Below are positions 1 through 9,912 of a DNA stretch of 64,000 bases, in pieces. Position 1 is the first letter of the stretch. Each line of letters opens with the position of its first letter. The notes beneath the pieces were generated by a model that was given only the letters and a program-made list of their open reading frames with translations, did no database searches and was not told the origin of the DNA. This DNA comes from Candidatus Eiseniibacteriota bacterium (GTDB lineage Bacteria > Eisenbacteria > RBG-16-71-46 > CAZAMP01), in NCBI GenBank assembly GCA_965224245.1, contig OZ245046.1, forward strand, positions 1,920,001-1,984,000, given 5' to 3'. A program made the position numbers and the translations under genes.

Positions 1-848
1 AAGTAGTCCCGCCAGCTCGCGTACTGCCCGAGCACGCCGGAGAGGAGCGTGCTCATGACCACGTGCGTGTACGTGGGCTCGGAGTTCGTCAACAGGAAGA
101 GCTTCTTGTGATGACGGCGGAACTTGTCGAGAGTCAGCGCCAGATGGTCGTCGTGCATCACGTAGTAGTCGGGGTCGGCCTGGATGACGTCCTTGATGCT
201 GCCGTCCTGATGGGAGGCGTCCACGCACCAGCGAACGTCGTCGTAGAGTGCGTCGTAGGCCACGTCACCGCCCCGGCTGTCCATCAGCGCGACGAGCTGC
301 GCGTACAGCGACACCTCGGGGAGCGAGAAGAGCGTGTCGAGGCTGATGAACCGGTCCTCGGAGAGCGGGATCTTCCGCCCCTTGTACTGCTTCTTGCGAT
401 CCTCGGGCGAGAGGCGCGTCAGACCGTGGAACACGTTCGACACGTAGTGGTGGCGGTCCATCTTGAGGATGTTGCCGCACGTCTTGTCCACCACCAGGCC
501 ACGGATGACGAAGTCGTGGTCGTACTCGAACGCGGCCACCTCGTCGGGATATCCCTTCACGTCCACGAGCTTCGTCCTGGATGCGTCGAACGCCAGGCGC
601 TCGAACTCGCGCGAGCGATAGATCGCCAGCGTGTGATCCATGTCGAAGCCGACGGCCTTCACGCTCGGCATCTTCAGGTTCCGGTTGACGTAGATCCGGA
701 GCTCGGCCGGGATGTCCTGATTGCGCAGGCGGGGTCGCGGCACGCTGGGACGCCGACCGCGATGCGGGTGACCCTCGCGGTTCTCGGCGGACGGGTCCCG
801 CCCGGCCGGCCGGCCGGACACCGAGGACCGGTCGTCGGGGCCGCTCAC
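1..848 (-). CDS. HAD-IG family 5'-nucleotidase (3' end runs off window)
   Basis: Manual translation (not in ORF track): ...RIYVNRNLKMPSVKAVGFDMDHTLAIY...RGLVVDK..GNILKMD...DTLFSLPE...KKLFLLTNS; GTG start overlaps upstream stop (GTGA). Confidence 0.9.
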   Translation of the reverse strand, partial: MSGPDDRSSVSGRPAGRDPSAENREGHPHRGRRPSVPRPRLRNQDIPAELRIYVNRNLKMPSVKAVGFDMDHTLAIYRSREFERLAFDASRTKLVDVKGYPDEVAAFEYDHDFVIRGLVVDKTCGNILKMDRHHYVSNVFHGLTRLSPEDRKKQYKGRKIPLSEDRFISLDTLFSLPEVSLYAQLVALMDSRGGDVAYDALYDDVRWCVDASHQDGSIKDVIQADPDYYVMHDDHLALTLDKFRRHHKKLFLLTNSEPTYTHVVMSTLLSGVLGQYASWRDY

Positions 849-1843
849 GCGTGTCCCCCGCCGGTGAGACCCAGAAAGCGCCGGGCATTGTCACCGGCGA
901 ACGCCGCCACGTGCGCCGGTGGGTGACCCCGCTCCAGGAGTCGCGCCACGAGGAGCGGAAACCGCGCGGCACCCTCGAAGCCGCTCGGTCCGAACGGGAT
1001 CCCGTCGAAATCGCTGCCCAGCGCGAGCGCGTCGGTTCCGGCCACGCGCCAGAGGTGCTCGAGGTGGGTGACGACGTCGTCGAGCGTCGCGTTCCGGATC
1101 GTCCGCGACAGGAACACCGGAAACACGTTCACGCCGATGATGCCGCCCCGATCGGCGATGGCGTGCGCGATCGCGTCCGAGACGTTGCGCGGATGCGGGT
1201 GCCGGGCCCGCGCGGACGAGTGGGACGCCAGGGGTGGCAGGGTGGCCGCGGAGATCACGTCGAAGGCCGTCGCGTCCGATGCGTGCGAGAGATCGATCGG
1301 GACCCCCTCGGCGTTCAATCGCGCGATCAGCTCGCGGCCGTCCTCGGTGAGTCCGCCCGGTCGCGAGTCCTCGCAGGACGTGGCCCATGCGTTGCCGACG
1401 TTCCAGGTCAGCGACACGTAGGCGGGGCGCCACCGCGCCAGCGCCTCCACCCGGTCGGGATGGCCGATCAGCACGCGGGCGTCCTCCAGCGCGGGCAGGA
1501 GCGTGAGGCCACCGGTCCCGACGGCGCGCCGGCGCTCACGGAGCCGCTCGAGCGCGTCCATCATGGTCAGTGCGCGCGCCCAGCCACGCTCGGACCCGAG
1601 GTGCGCCGGGATCCAGAACGCGTAGACCGCCGCGCCGAATCCACCGGCCACGAGATCGTCCGGCGCCGCGTGACCGACGGGATCGCCGGGCGGTCCATCC
1701 GCCAGCGCGTGCGCGATCGTGTCGCAGTGGAGATCGACGGCCGGATGGCGGGCGAGGAACTCGCGCGCCTGGACGAGACGTGCCTCGGGAATCGCGAACG
1801 CGCGTGCGGCCTCGGCGAGTGAATCGGTCGTCGTATCGGCCAT
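845..1843 (-). CDS. Membrane dipeptidase (peptidase M19)
   Basis: VDLHCD, LTWN..N, IDLSH, ASHS, RNVSD, LGSDFDG motifs; start taken at MADTTT. Confidence 0.9.
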   Translation of the reverse strand: MADTTTDSLAEAARAFAIPEARLVQAREFLARHPAVDLHCDTIAHALADGPPGDPVGHAAPDDLVAGGFGAAVYAFWIPAHLGSERGWARALTMMDALERLRERRRAVGTGGLTLLPALEDARVLIGHPDRVEALARWRPAYVSLTWNVGNAWATSCEDSRPGGLTEDGRELIARLNAEGVPIDLSHASDATAFDVISAATLPPLASHSSARARHPHPRNVSDAIAHAIADRGGIIGVNVFPVFLSRTIRNATLDDVVTHLEHLWRVAGTDALALGSDFDGIPFGPSGFEGAARFPLLVARLLERGHPPAHVAAFAGDNARRFLGLTGGGHA

Positions 1844-1965
1844 CCGGAACCTCGTGTCGCGAGCGTGCGACGTCCACGGGCACCCAGGATCGTGCCCGGA
1901 CGCATCATAGGGACGCGGACCCCGCGCCTCAACCGGCGACACCGGAGATGGCACCCTCGCCGCCG

Positions 1966-3183
1966 CTAGGCGGCGTCGACGGTGATCTCGAGGCGCGAGC
2001 CGCTGTCGACCGGCCACGGCGCCACGAAACGCCATGCCGTCACCCCCTCGAGCGCCCGCCGCGCGGTGTCGCGTGCCGTCTGACGGTCGCCCGTCCGCAG
2101 CGTCAGCACGACCTGACGTCCGGCGCACCGGGCGGCGGTGAGGAGCCCGCGGGCCGCCTCGCTCGGCGTTGCGTCCCAGACCACCACGTCGGGCTGCCAG
2201 CGACCGTAGACGCGCGCGACGTGCGAGAGATCCCCGTCCGGGGCGACCGTCTCGTGCCACACACCCAGCCCATCGGCCAGATCGTAGGCGGGGAAGTCGG
2301 TGACGATCAGACAGCGCCAGCCTCGACGGGCGTAGCCGATCGCCAGGAGCGCCGCGACGAGACTCTTGCCGGTGGCGGCCGGTCCGTAGACGACGGTCGG
2401 CGTCAGCTCCACGAGGAGATCCTCGAACCGGGCGGTCGAGATCAGATGCGTCTCCGGATCGGGGGTCGGAAAGGGATTCACGACGCGGTAGCCATCGGGT
2501 CCGTTCGAGACGTACACGCGCCGCGTGCCGAGACGGCACCATCCGCCGTCCGGCACCGACCCGTGCCCGGCCGAGAGCGTCGCGGCGAGGTCGAACGACG
2601 GGGCCTCGCCGAAGGAGAGCCGCTCTCCGGTCACCTCCTCTCCGACCAGGGCGTGCCCGGTGGCACGGAAGAGGCGCCGGCCCGGCCGCTCCAGGAGCCA
2701 GGACAAAGGTGCGCTCTCGCCGGACGCACGCCCCGCCGCGGAGGCGCTGATCTCGGCGAAGGTGCGCGACAGCTCGTCGACTTCCCGTAGCGACGCGGCC
2801 ACCTCCTCGGCGCCCGTCCCGGACTCGTCGGTCAGGCGCGCGGTCTCCAGCAACAGGTTCCAGGTCCCGCCCTCGATCTCGCGCGCAGCGTGGATGGGCT
2901 CCCGGACGAACGTGAACGTTCCCTCGTCCCACACCAGGAGCCGCATCGCGGTCTCGGTGCCGCCCCGGAGATCGGGTCCCACCGCGGCGACGACGTCCCC
3001 GTCCGAGAAGTACAGCACCCCCCGCTGGTCGTCTCGCACGAGGTGGAGCGTACCGGTCTTGCGCCCCAGGAGCAGGAACTGGCTGAGCTCGATGGGCGAG
3101 GTCGCCTCGAGCGAGCCGCTGATCGTCGCCACCGCCTCCAGGGCGTCCGAGACACGAGGCGCGCTACGCCGCATGGTCGTCAT
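1966..3183 (-). CDS. DUF4388 domain fused to degenerate P-loop ATPase-like domain
   Basis: ISGSL...ELSQFLLLGRKTGTLHL..G.LYF.DG.VV.A...W.EGTF.F at N-terminus; GPAATGKS P-loop in C-terminal half. Confidence 0.7.
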   Translation of the reverse strand: MTTMRRSAPRVSDALEAVATISGSLEATSPIELSQFLLLGRKTGTLHLVRDDQRGVLYFSDGDVVAAVGPDLRGGTETAMRLLVWDEGTFTFVREPIHAAREIEGGTWNLLLETARLTDESGTGAEEVAASLREVDELSRTFAEISASAAGRASGESAPLSWLLERPGRRLFRATGHALVGEEVTGERLSFGEAPSFDLAATLSAGHGSVPDGGWCRLGTRRVYVSNGPDGYRVVNPFPTPDPETHLISTARFEDLLVELTPTVVYGPAATGKSLVAALLAIGYARRGWRCLIVTDFPAYDLADGLGVWHETVAPDGDLSHVARVYGRWQPDVVVWDATPSEAARGLLTAARCAGRQVVLTLRTGDRQTARDTARRALEGVTAWRFVAPWPVDSGSRLEITVDAA

Positions 3184-4234
3184 CCATGAGCCTCCAGAAC
3201 ACGTCTTTGCGTTTCGCATATCGCACGGCATCGTCCGGCGTCACGATGCCGTGCTGAACGAGGTGCAGGAGATCGTCGTCGAGCAGAAGCATCCCGTCGC
3301 GCCCGCCGGTCTGCATCACCGACGCGAGCTGGTGGGTTTTGCCCTCGCGGATGAGCGCACGCACCGGCGGCGTCGCGACCAGGATCTCCAGCGCGGCCAC
3401 GCGCCCGGCGCCGTCGGCCCGGCGGAGGAGGCGCTGCGCGACGACGCCCTGGAGCGACTCCGAGAGCGTCATCCTCACCTGATCCTGGCGGGCGGGACCG
3501 AACGCATCGATGAGCCGGTCGACGCACTCCGCGGCCGACGCGGCGTGAAGCGTGCCGAACACGAGCTGCCCCGTCTCGGCCGCCGTGATCGCCAGGTCGA
3601 TCGTCTCCGAGTCGCGCATCTCGCCGACCAGGACCACGTTGGGATCCTGGTGCAATGCCGCGCGCAGACCGTCGGCGAACGAGCCGGTGTTCCGGCCCAC
3701 CTCGCGCTGGCTGATCAGCGACGCCTTGTTCTCGTGGACGTACTCGATCGGGTCTTCGAGCGTGATCACGTGGCGCCGGTGGTAGCGGTTGATGTAGTCG
3801 ATGACGGCCGCCTGCGTGGACGACTTCCCGCTCCCGGGAGGACCGGTCACGACCACGAGACCCTTGGACAGGTTCGCGAAGCGGGTCACGACCTCGGGAA
3901 GTCCGAGCTGCTCCAGCGCCAGCACCTGGGCCGGCATCATCCGGAAGGCTCCGGCGATCCCGCGCCGCTGCTCGAAGACGTTGCACCGGACCCGGAGGAC
4001 GCCCGGAATCTCGTAGCCGAAGTCGACCTCGCGCGCCTGCTCGAACCGACTCCACTGATCGGCCGTCATCATCTCACGAAGCAGCTCCTCCAGGAGGCTC
4101 GGGGCCAGCGCCTGGTACTCGATCGCCTGAATCTCACCGTCCAGCCGGAGCATCGGCCGGGCCCCGGACGTGAGGTGGAGATCGGACGCGCCCCGTTCCT
4201 TGACGAGCTTGAAGATGGCGTCGATTCGCGCCAA
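3164..4234 (-). CDS. pilT: Type IV pilus retraction ATPase PilT/PilU family
   Basis: ASDLHL, GPPGSGKSST, ITLEDPIEY, QDPNVVLVGEMRD, AAETGQLVFGTLH; likely TTG start at 4234. Confidence 0.9.
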   Translation of the reverse strand: MARIDAIFKLVKERGASDLHLTSGARPMLRLDGEIQAIEYQALAPSLLEELLREMMTADQWSRFEQAREVDFGYEIPGVLRVRCNVFEQRRGIAGAFRMMPAQVLALEQLGLPEVVTRFANLSKGLVVVTGPPGSGKSSTQAAVIDYINRYHRRHVITLEDPIEYVHENKASLISQREVGRNTGSFADGLRAALHQDPNVVLVGEMRDSETIDLAITAAETGQLVFGTLHAASAAECVDRLIDAFGPARQDQVRMTLSESLQGVVAQRLLRRADGAGRVAALEILVATPPVRALIREGKTHQLASVMQTGGRDGMLLLDDDLLHLVQHGIVTPDDAVRYAKRKDVFWRLMDDDHAA

Positions 4235-4465
4235 CGCGCTCCCCCGCGGTGGTCGGCAGGCCACGGATCGTCGGCCGGTCGGCCGGTCACCGTGTCCGGT
4301 TCCGCGCACGTGGGCGGCGGCGCGCATCTGTTCCTAGGGGTTATTACGGTCCGACCGGACGGAACCTTGAGGCCCCTCGCGCGAGCGGCGGCGGCGGGAC
4401 GAGCAGGGCGGGATCGAAGGAACGACGGTGCGGGATACGAGTGTTCCGGGTCGCAACTCGGGACA

Positions 4466-4750
4466 CTAGCGCAGGTAGTAGTTGTACTTGATCGCGAGCT
4501 CCTCTTTCGTCTTCTCGTGAAGGATGATCCATTCGGCCGTACCCGGCGTGATTTCACGCGAGTACGTCTTCAGCCGTTCGGTCGCCTCCTGATCGATGCG
4601 GTCGCCGAAGGCCAGGTCCTCGAGGATGACCTTCTCGATCTTCACGGTGAGCGCTTCGAGGCGACCGGCGTAGTCGATGTGGTTGTCATCGTAGAGCACG
4701 TCCGTGATCCGATCGGCGATCTGACGTACTCGTTCGTCCTTCAGCTTCAT
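4466..4750 (-). CDS. DUF507 family protein
   Basis: 94-aa helical protein, MKL...IADRI...DRIDQEA..L...K.ELA pattern; paralogous to the adjacent gene. Confidence 0.7.
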   Translation of the reverse strand: MKLKDERVRQIADRITDVLYDDNHIDYAGRLEALTVKIEKVILEDLAFGDRIDQEATERLKTYSREITPGTAEWIILHEKTKEELAIKYNYYLR

Positions 4751-4772
4751 GTGCGCTCCGGAGCGACCCGCC

Positions 4773-5054
4773 CTAGACGACGAAGCCGCGCTTCTTGGCG
4801 ATCTGGTCCTTGAACCGCCGGCGGATCAGCTCGACGTCCATCCCGCCGCGATCGATCTCCGAGCGGTACTGCTCGAGCATGCCCTCGACCTCGGCGTCGA
4901 TCTCATCCTCTTCCAGCAGGTCGGCGTTGATGGCTCCGGCGACCGCCGACTCCATCTCGCGCGGCGACGTGTGGATCGTGACCTCGCCGTCGTTCTCGAG
5001 CATGTCGACGATCTTCTCGGAGATCGCGTGCACCTTGTCCCACGAAAACCGCAT
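4773..5054 (-). CDS. DUF507 family protein
   Basis: MRFSWDKV...EDEIDAEV...K.QIAKKRGFVV ending typical of DUF507. Confidence 0.75.
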   Translation of the reverse strand: MRFSWDKVHAISEKIVDMLENDGEVTIHTSPREMESAVAGAINADLLEEDEIDAEVEGMLEQYRSEIDRGGMDVELIRRRFKDQIAKKRGFVV

Positions 5055-5189
5055 CCCGCCTCCTTCACGACGCAACGAGCCTAGCAGAGTGCCGACCGGG
5101 GGGTCCAGGAATCCGCCTCGAGCGGGCGATACGCGGTGATTGGACGGCCTCGGTCCCGGCGAGAGCGCCGGCCGCGCCCGGCGACGACG

Positions 5190-6848
5190 CTAGTGAAGCC
5201 GGTGGATCGCGTCTCCCCCTTCGTGCGGCGAGCGGCGCGGTGGCGCGGACGGCCGTTCGGTCGCGGTGCTGTCGGTGATCGCGGTCGCGTTGCGGCGCCG
5301 CGCACCCGCGGGCCGACGGAGCCCGTGCTTGCGAACGAGGTTGTGCAGGTGCTGGCGCGAGATGTCCAGCGAGCGGGCGCTCATCGAGATGTTCCACTCG
5401 TGGTCGGTCAGCGTCCGCGCGACCACGAGTCGCTCGAGCTCGTCCATCTGATCGCGGAACGGCCCCTCGGGCAGGGTGAGCGTTCCCGGCGTGTGGCCGC
5501 TCGCGTCCCGAAAGGCATCGGCGGGCAGCTCGGTGTCGTCCCACAGGACGACGGCGCGCTCGACCGCATCCATCAGCTCGCGCACGTGGCCGGGCCAGGT
5601 CCGAGAGGTCAGCACGCGTCGCGCGTCACGCGTCACGGATGCGCGAGGACGTCCCTGGCGCGCGGATGCATCGTGGGCGAAGGCATCCGCCAGGAGCGGG
5701 ACGTCCTCGAGCCGCTCGTCCAGTCCGGGCACGCGGATCGAGGTCGCTCGAAGCATCGACGCAAGGTCGCGTCGGAACCCGCCGGCCCGGACGCCCTCGT
5801 CGAGATCGCGATCCGTCTCGGCCAGGATGCGACACGCGCACTCGCCCGCGCGGGCCAGTGCGTCGACGAGACGATCCTGCGTCGACGGCGGAAGCGCATG
5901 CACGGCGTCCAGGTGAAGCGTGGCTCCGGCGAGCCGACCCTGCAATCGACCTCCGTCCGGCGAGAAGAGCAGCGAGTCGAGCAGCGAGGCGTCACCGGCA
6001 TCGCAACGGACACGGATCAGCCGTCCGTCGGACGTCGCTCCGGTGGCATGGAGCACGCTGACCACGAGCGTCTTGCCGGTGCCCGGCTCACCGGTGACGA
6101 GCACGCGGGCGGCGCTTCCGGCGAGCCGTCCGACCGACCGGCGAAGCGAGACCGCGGCGTGGCTGACCCCGACGATCGCGTCGGTGCCCGCCCGCACGCC
6201 GAGCAGCTGCCGGAGCTGCTGATTCTCGCCGATGGCGACAGCACGCTCGCGCTCCGCGGCGGATCGCGACGCCATCGCCCCGAACGTGCGGGCACACGCG
6301 GTGGTGAAGAACTCGAGCGCCCGGAGCGCTCCCGAGACCGGACGCGGCCGGGGGTCGCGCGCCAGCGCGACCACCGCCAGATCGGCGGCGGGGCGGGCGA
6401 CGACTCGAAAGTAGACCGCGACACCGGCGTCCAGCGGCGAGGGGATCGCCCCCACGCGGCCGGGTCCCGGCTCGAGCCACTCCACGCGTGTCGCATCGGT
6501 GGCTCCGAGCGATCGCATCGCCGTCTCGACGGCCTCGACTTCCGATCCCGTGAAGTCCCCGACCGTCGTTCGCGTGCGCGCGCCCGACGCGCCCTCGGAG
6601 ACGGCCACCGCTCGCTCCAGCTGCGTGAGCCCCAGGCACTCGCGGACCACGGCGGCCGCCAGCTCCGCCGGGCTGATCAGGCTCGACAGACGATCGAGCG
6701 CCCTGGACACGCTCTCCCAGGCGCGAGCCTCGGCCGCCGCCGCGTCGACCAGACGAGTGGTGGCATCTCCCCAGCCGGTCCCGTCGGCCGCCGGCCGTCC
6801 CCCCCGGGCGTCGGTGTCGAGTCCCGACCAGGATCGCGGATCGCTCAT
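5190..6848 (-). CDS. Fis-family sigma54-interaction-type regulator, atypical (no GAFTGA)
   Basis: VLVTGEPGTGKT, GGFRRDL, PGLDERLEDVPLL, WPGHVREL, C-terminal Fis HTH; start uncertain. Confidence 0.8.
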   Translation of the reverse strand: MSDPRSWSGLDTDARGGRPAADGTGWGDATTRLVDAAAAEARAWESVSRALDRLSSLISPAELAAAVVRECLGLTQLERAVAVSEGASGARTRTTVGDFTGSEVEAVETAMRSLGATDATRVEWLEPGPGRVGAIPSPLDAGVAVYFRVVARPAADLAVVALARDPRPRPVSGALRALEFFTTACARTFGAMASRSAAERERAVAIGENQQLRQLLGVRAGTDAIVGVSHAAVSLRRSVGRLAGSAARVLVTGEPGTGKTLVVSVLHATGATSDGRLIRVRCDAGDASLLDSLLFSPDGGRLQGRLAGATLHLDAVHALPPSTQDRLVDALARAGECACRILAETDRDLDEGVRAGGFRRDLASMLRATSIRVPGLDERLEDVPLLADAFAHDASARQGRPRASVTRDARRVLTSRTWPGHVRELMDAVERAVVLWDDTELPADAFRDASGHTPGTLTLPEGPFRDQMDELERLVVARTLTDHEWNISMSARSLDISRQHLHNLVRKHGLRRPAGARRRNATAITDSTATERPSAPPRRSPHEGGDAIHRLH

Positions 6849-7217
6849 CCATGCCTCCGCCGCTCTCGTGCCCGCGTCGTCCCCGGGCGATCCGATGCCC
6901 GAGTCTGTGGATGATCCGCGGGTCGTGCCGGCGCGCACTATAGGCGATGCGGGGTGGGGTCGCCAGGGTTGGATGGACGTCATGTCGTTGTCGTTACGAC
7001 GGGTGCAGGGCTCGGCGGCTCGGCTCGGGCGTTTCCCCCATTCCTTCGGACGATACGAGCCACGAGCGCCGATCACGGGCCGTCGGAGCGCGGCCCGGCC
7101 GGACTCGAGCCGACAATCCAGAGTGCGCCGGCGGCGCTGCACGCAACCGCGTCGTCGCGCCACCGCCAGTTCTCCGGTGGCAGGCGAGGAGCTGACCTCG
7201 ACCGAAAGGACCCAGGC

Positions 7218-7580
7218 ATGTCTCACCGGATCCTCGTCGTCGACGACGAGCCCGCCGTTCGCGACGTCCTGCGGACGATGCTCGAGAAACACGGCTATAC
7301 CGTCACCGAGGCCGGGGACGGCGCCCAGGCGGCACGCGCACTCACCGACGCGTCGTTCGATCTCGTCGTGACCGACATCGTGATGCCCGAGCGAGAAGGG
7401 CTGGAGACGATCCGATTCATCCGGCGAGACTTCCCGCACATCCGGATCATCGCGATCAGCGCTCCCTCGAACAAGGACTACCTCCGGGCGGCCGAGCGCT
7501 TCGGCGCCGAGCGAACGTTCACCAAGCCGTTCAGCCTCTCCGAGCTCGCGACCAGCGTCCGGGACCTCCTGGCGGCCTGA
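7218..7580 (+). CDS. Single-domain response regulator (CheY-like)
   Basis: RILVVDDE, DLVVTDIVMP, KPF; upstream AAGGA. Confidence 0.92.
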   Translation: MSHRILVVDDEPAVRDVLRTMLEKHGYTVTEAGDGAQAARALTDASFDLVVTDIVMPEREGLETIRFIRRDFPHIRIIAISAPSNKDYLRAAERFGAERTFTKPFSLSELATSVRDLLAA

Positions 7581-7599
7581 CGGGCCGTGCCCCCGGAGC

Positions 7600-8466
7600 T
7601 CAGAGCAGCTCGAACGGGACCGGCGTGAAGCACGCCCACAGGACCGCGCCCATCAGGATCGCGAGCACGACCCGGCCGGCGTCCAGGGGCGCCTCGTCCC
7701 GCGTGGGAGGATGCGGCGCTCGCGTGAAGATCGCGACCAGCACCGCCAGGACGAGCCAGTTGTACGCGTGCGTCCCGATCGCCAGCGCGAGCAGCCCGAG
7801 CACCACGAGACGCGACATGACGCGGTGCGCCCGCCCCAGCACGGCGTAGACGATGTGTCCGCCGTCGAGCTGACCCGCCGGAAGCAGGTTCAATGCCGTC
7901 ACGAAGAGCCCCGCCCACGCCGCGAAGGCCATCGGATGTAGCCCCGACATTCCCAGGACGAGGTGCTCCTTTCCCAGCGCCCGCGCGATCTCGTCCAGGA
8001 GCGGCGGGCTTCCCAGGACGATGTCGTCGGCGGGCACGGCACCGAAGCGGGAGCGCGCGAGCCCGTACGTCAGACACGGGACCGCGACCACGAGCCCGGC
8101 CAGAGGACCGGCGATTGCGATGTCGAACAGCGCTCGCCGGGACGGGACCCGGGCCCGCATCCGGATGATCGCGCCCAGGGTGCCGAACGGGGAGATCGGG
8201 AACGGCAAGAAGTACGGGAGCGACGTGGCGACCCCGTAGTGGCGACTCACCGCGTAGTGACCGGCCTCGTGTGCCACGAGGATCGCCATCACCGTGACGC
8301 CGTAGGCCAGGCTCTCGGCGAGCGTCCCGCGGCTGCCGAACGCATACGCGACGACGGTGCTCGCACACGTGGCCACGAACAGCCAGACCGGCCGTCGAGC
8401 GCCATTCCGGCGCTCGTGTCCCGCGATGATCGGCCTCACCGGCGCGAGGTCAGCGCGGAGCGGCAT
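7600..8466 (-). CDS. Site-2 protease (M50) family membrane metalloprotease
   Basis: HEAGH, IAGPLAG, NLLPAGQLDGGH, multiple TM segments. Confidence 0.92.
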   Translation of the reverse strand: MPLRADLAPVRPIIAGHERRNGARRPVWLFVATCASTVVAYAFGSRGTLAESLAYGVTVMAILVAHEAGHYAVSRHYGVATSLPYFLPFPISPFGTLGAIIRMRARVPSRRALFDIAIAGPLAGLVVAVPCLTYGLARSRFGAVPADDIVLGSPPLLDEIARALGKEHLVLGMSGLHPMAFAAWAGLFVTALNLLPAGQLDGGHIVYAVLGRAHRVMSRLVVLGLLALAIGTHAYNWLVLAVLVAIFTRAPHPPTRDEAPLDAGRVVLAILMGAVLWACFTPVPFELL

Positions 8467-8510
8467 GGACGTCGCGGCAGAGAGGGCGGAGAGGGGTCAT
8501 GCGGGCCCGG

Positions 8511-9668
8511 TCACCGGGGGAGTCGAACGAGACGCTCGACGCGTCGGCGATCACCGACGTCGACGACCGTGAAGTACGTGCCCGGTGGCGCGTCACGACC
8601 GTGCTCGTCGAGACCGTCCCACGACATGTGAGCCAGACCGCCCTCGACCGGTCCGTCGAACAGCGACCGGACGCGCCGGCCGGCGACGTCGACGATCGTG
8701 ACCCGCATCGGGCCCTCCGCTCCGGTATGGACGAGGACCGTGGCCCGCGGACGAAACGGATTGGGCATCACCGAGAGCGTGATCCTCTCGGGCCGTGCCG
8801 CGTCCGGGACCGAGACGGTGCCGGCGACCCACTGGCTCACCCAGACGTCGTAGCCCCCGAGCCCGCCCGGCCGGTCGGACGTGAAGTAGAGGGTGAGGCC
8901 GTCCGGGGAAAGCACCGGACTGGCATCGAGATAGCCCGGATGACCGACGCCGCCGGGGACGGGGACCGGATCGCCGAACTCCCCGCCGCCGATCGCGTAG
9001 GCGACCGCGACGTCCCCGTCGACGCACAGGAACATCGAGTCGCCACCGGCCGCGACGAACGGCATGTAAGCGTGCGCGGAGGTGTTGAACGTCAGCGCTA
9101 CCGGCGCCTGCCAGACGCCGCCGACGCGCGTGGCGGTCCAGACGTCGTGACCGCCGGCCCCTCCGGCGCGGTCGAAGGCGGAGAAGACGATGGTATCGGC
9201 TCCGGACGCGCGCCCACCCCACTCGTCGGCCCCGGAGTCGATCGGGGTCCCGAGCGGTGCGTCCGCGATCCAGGAGCCGCCCCCGTCCGGGCTGGCCGTG
9301 CGCAGGTTGAACCCGTGGGTCGTGTACATCAGGACGCCCGACGGCGACAGGTCCGGCGCGTACTCGCGGAGCGGGGTGTTGACCGAGGGCCCGAGGTTCG
9401 TCGGCTCGCTCCAGACACCGTCGGTCCAGTCGGACCGGTAGAGATCGCGATCGCCGTGGCCGCCGGGACGATCGGAGTCGAAGACGAGCACGAGACCGTC
9501 GGCGCTCAACGCGAGGCCGAGCTCGTCGCCCGGGGAGTTGATCGGCGCGCCGAGGTTCACGGCCGGACCCCAGTCGGCGGCCGCCGGCTGAACCGTCGCG
9601 ACCGCGGCGAGGAGCACCGCGAGGGTGGAACGACGAGCTAGATCGGGGTGTGAGCGGGAGATACGCAT
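8511..9668 (-). CDS. Secreted PD40/TolB-like repeat protein with C-terminal FlgD-Ig domain
   Basis: Signal peptide; repeats FDSDRPGGHGDRDLY / FTSDRPGGLGGYDVW; PNPF...VDVAGRRV...WDG.D..G...PGTYF. Confidence 0.85.
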   Translation of the reverse strand: MRISRSHPDLARRSTLAVLLAAVATVQPAAADWGPAVNLGAPINSPGDELGLALSADGLVLVFDSDRPGGHGDRDLYRSDWTDGVWSEPTNLGPSVNTPLREYAPDLSPSGVLMYTTHGFNLRTASPDGGGSWIADAPLGTPIDSGADEWGGRASGADTIVFSAFDRAGGAGGHDVWTATRVGGVWQAPVALTFNTSAHAYMPFVAAGGDSMFLCVDGDVAVAYAIGGGEFGDPVPVPGGVGHPGYLDASPVLSPDGLTLYFTSDRPGGLGGYDVWVSQWVAGTVSVPDAARPERITLSVMPNPFRPRATVLVHTGAEGPMRVTIVDVAGRRVRSLFDGPVEGGLAHMSWDGLDEHGRDAPPGTYFTVVDVGDRRRVERLVRLPR

Positions 9669-9833
9669 CCGGGGGGTTCCTCGGGTGTGGAGCGCGGCGC
9701 CGAGCCGCAGAATGTCGTGGGCCGCCGGGCTGGTCGGCACCGTCGAGTATAGCACCGCCGGGGGTCCGGCGCGGTGGACGGAGACCCCCTCCGAGGGCGG
9801 GCCGAAACGGGCAAGTGACCATCAGAGCGTTAG

Positions 9834-9862
9834 TTGACGGTTTGAGGGGCCCGTGGTAGACT
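9834..9862 (+). promoter_or_regulatory. Sigma70-type promoter of the qhp-like operon
   Basis: TTGACG (9834-9839), 17-bp spacer, TG-n-TAGACT (9857-9862). Confidence 0.65.
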
Positions 9863-9912
9863 CCGCGGGTTCCATGTCGTGGGTCGACACAATCATCGCC
9901 AGGAGCGGGCCT

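Noticed and set aside
9853-9912. Track start of the rSAM gene at 9853
   Set aside because: It lies inside the predicted promoter, next to the -10 box. Downstream starts (9874 or 9913) fit better.
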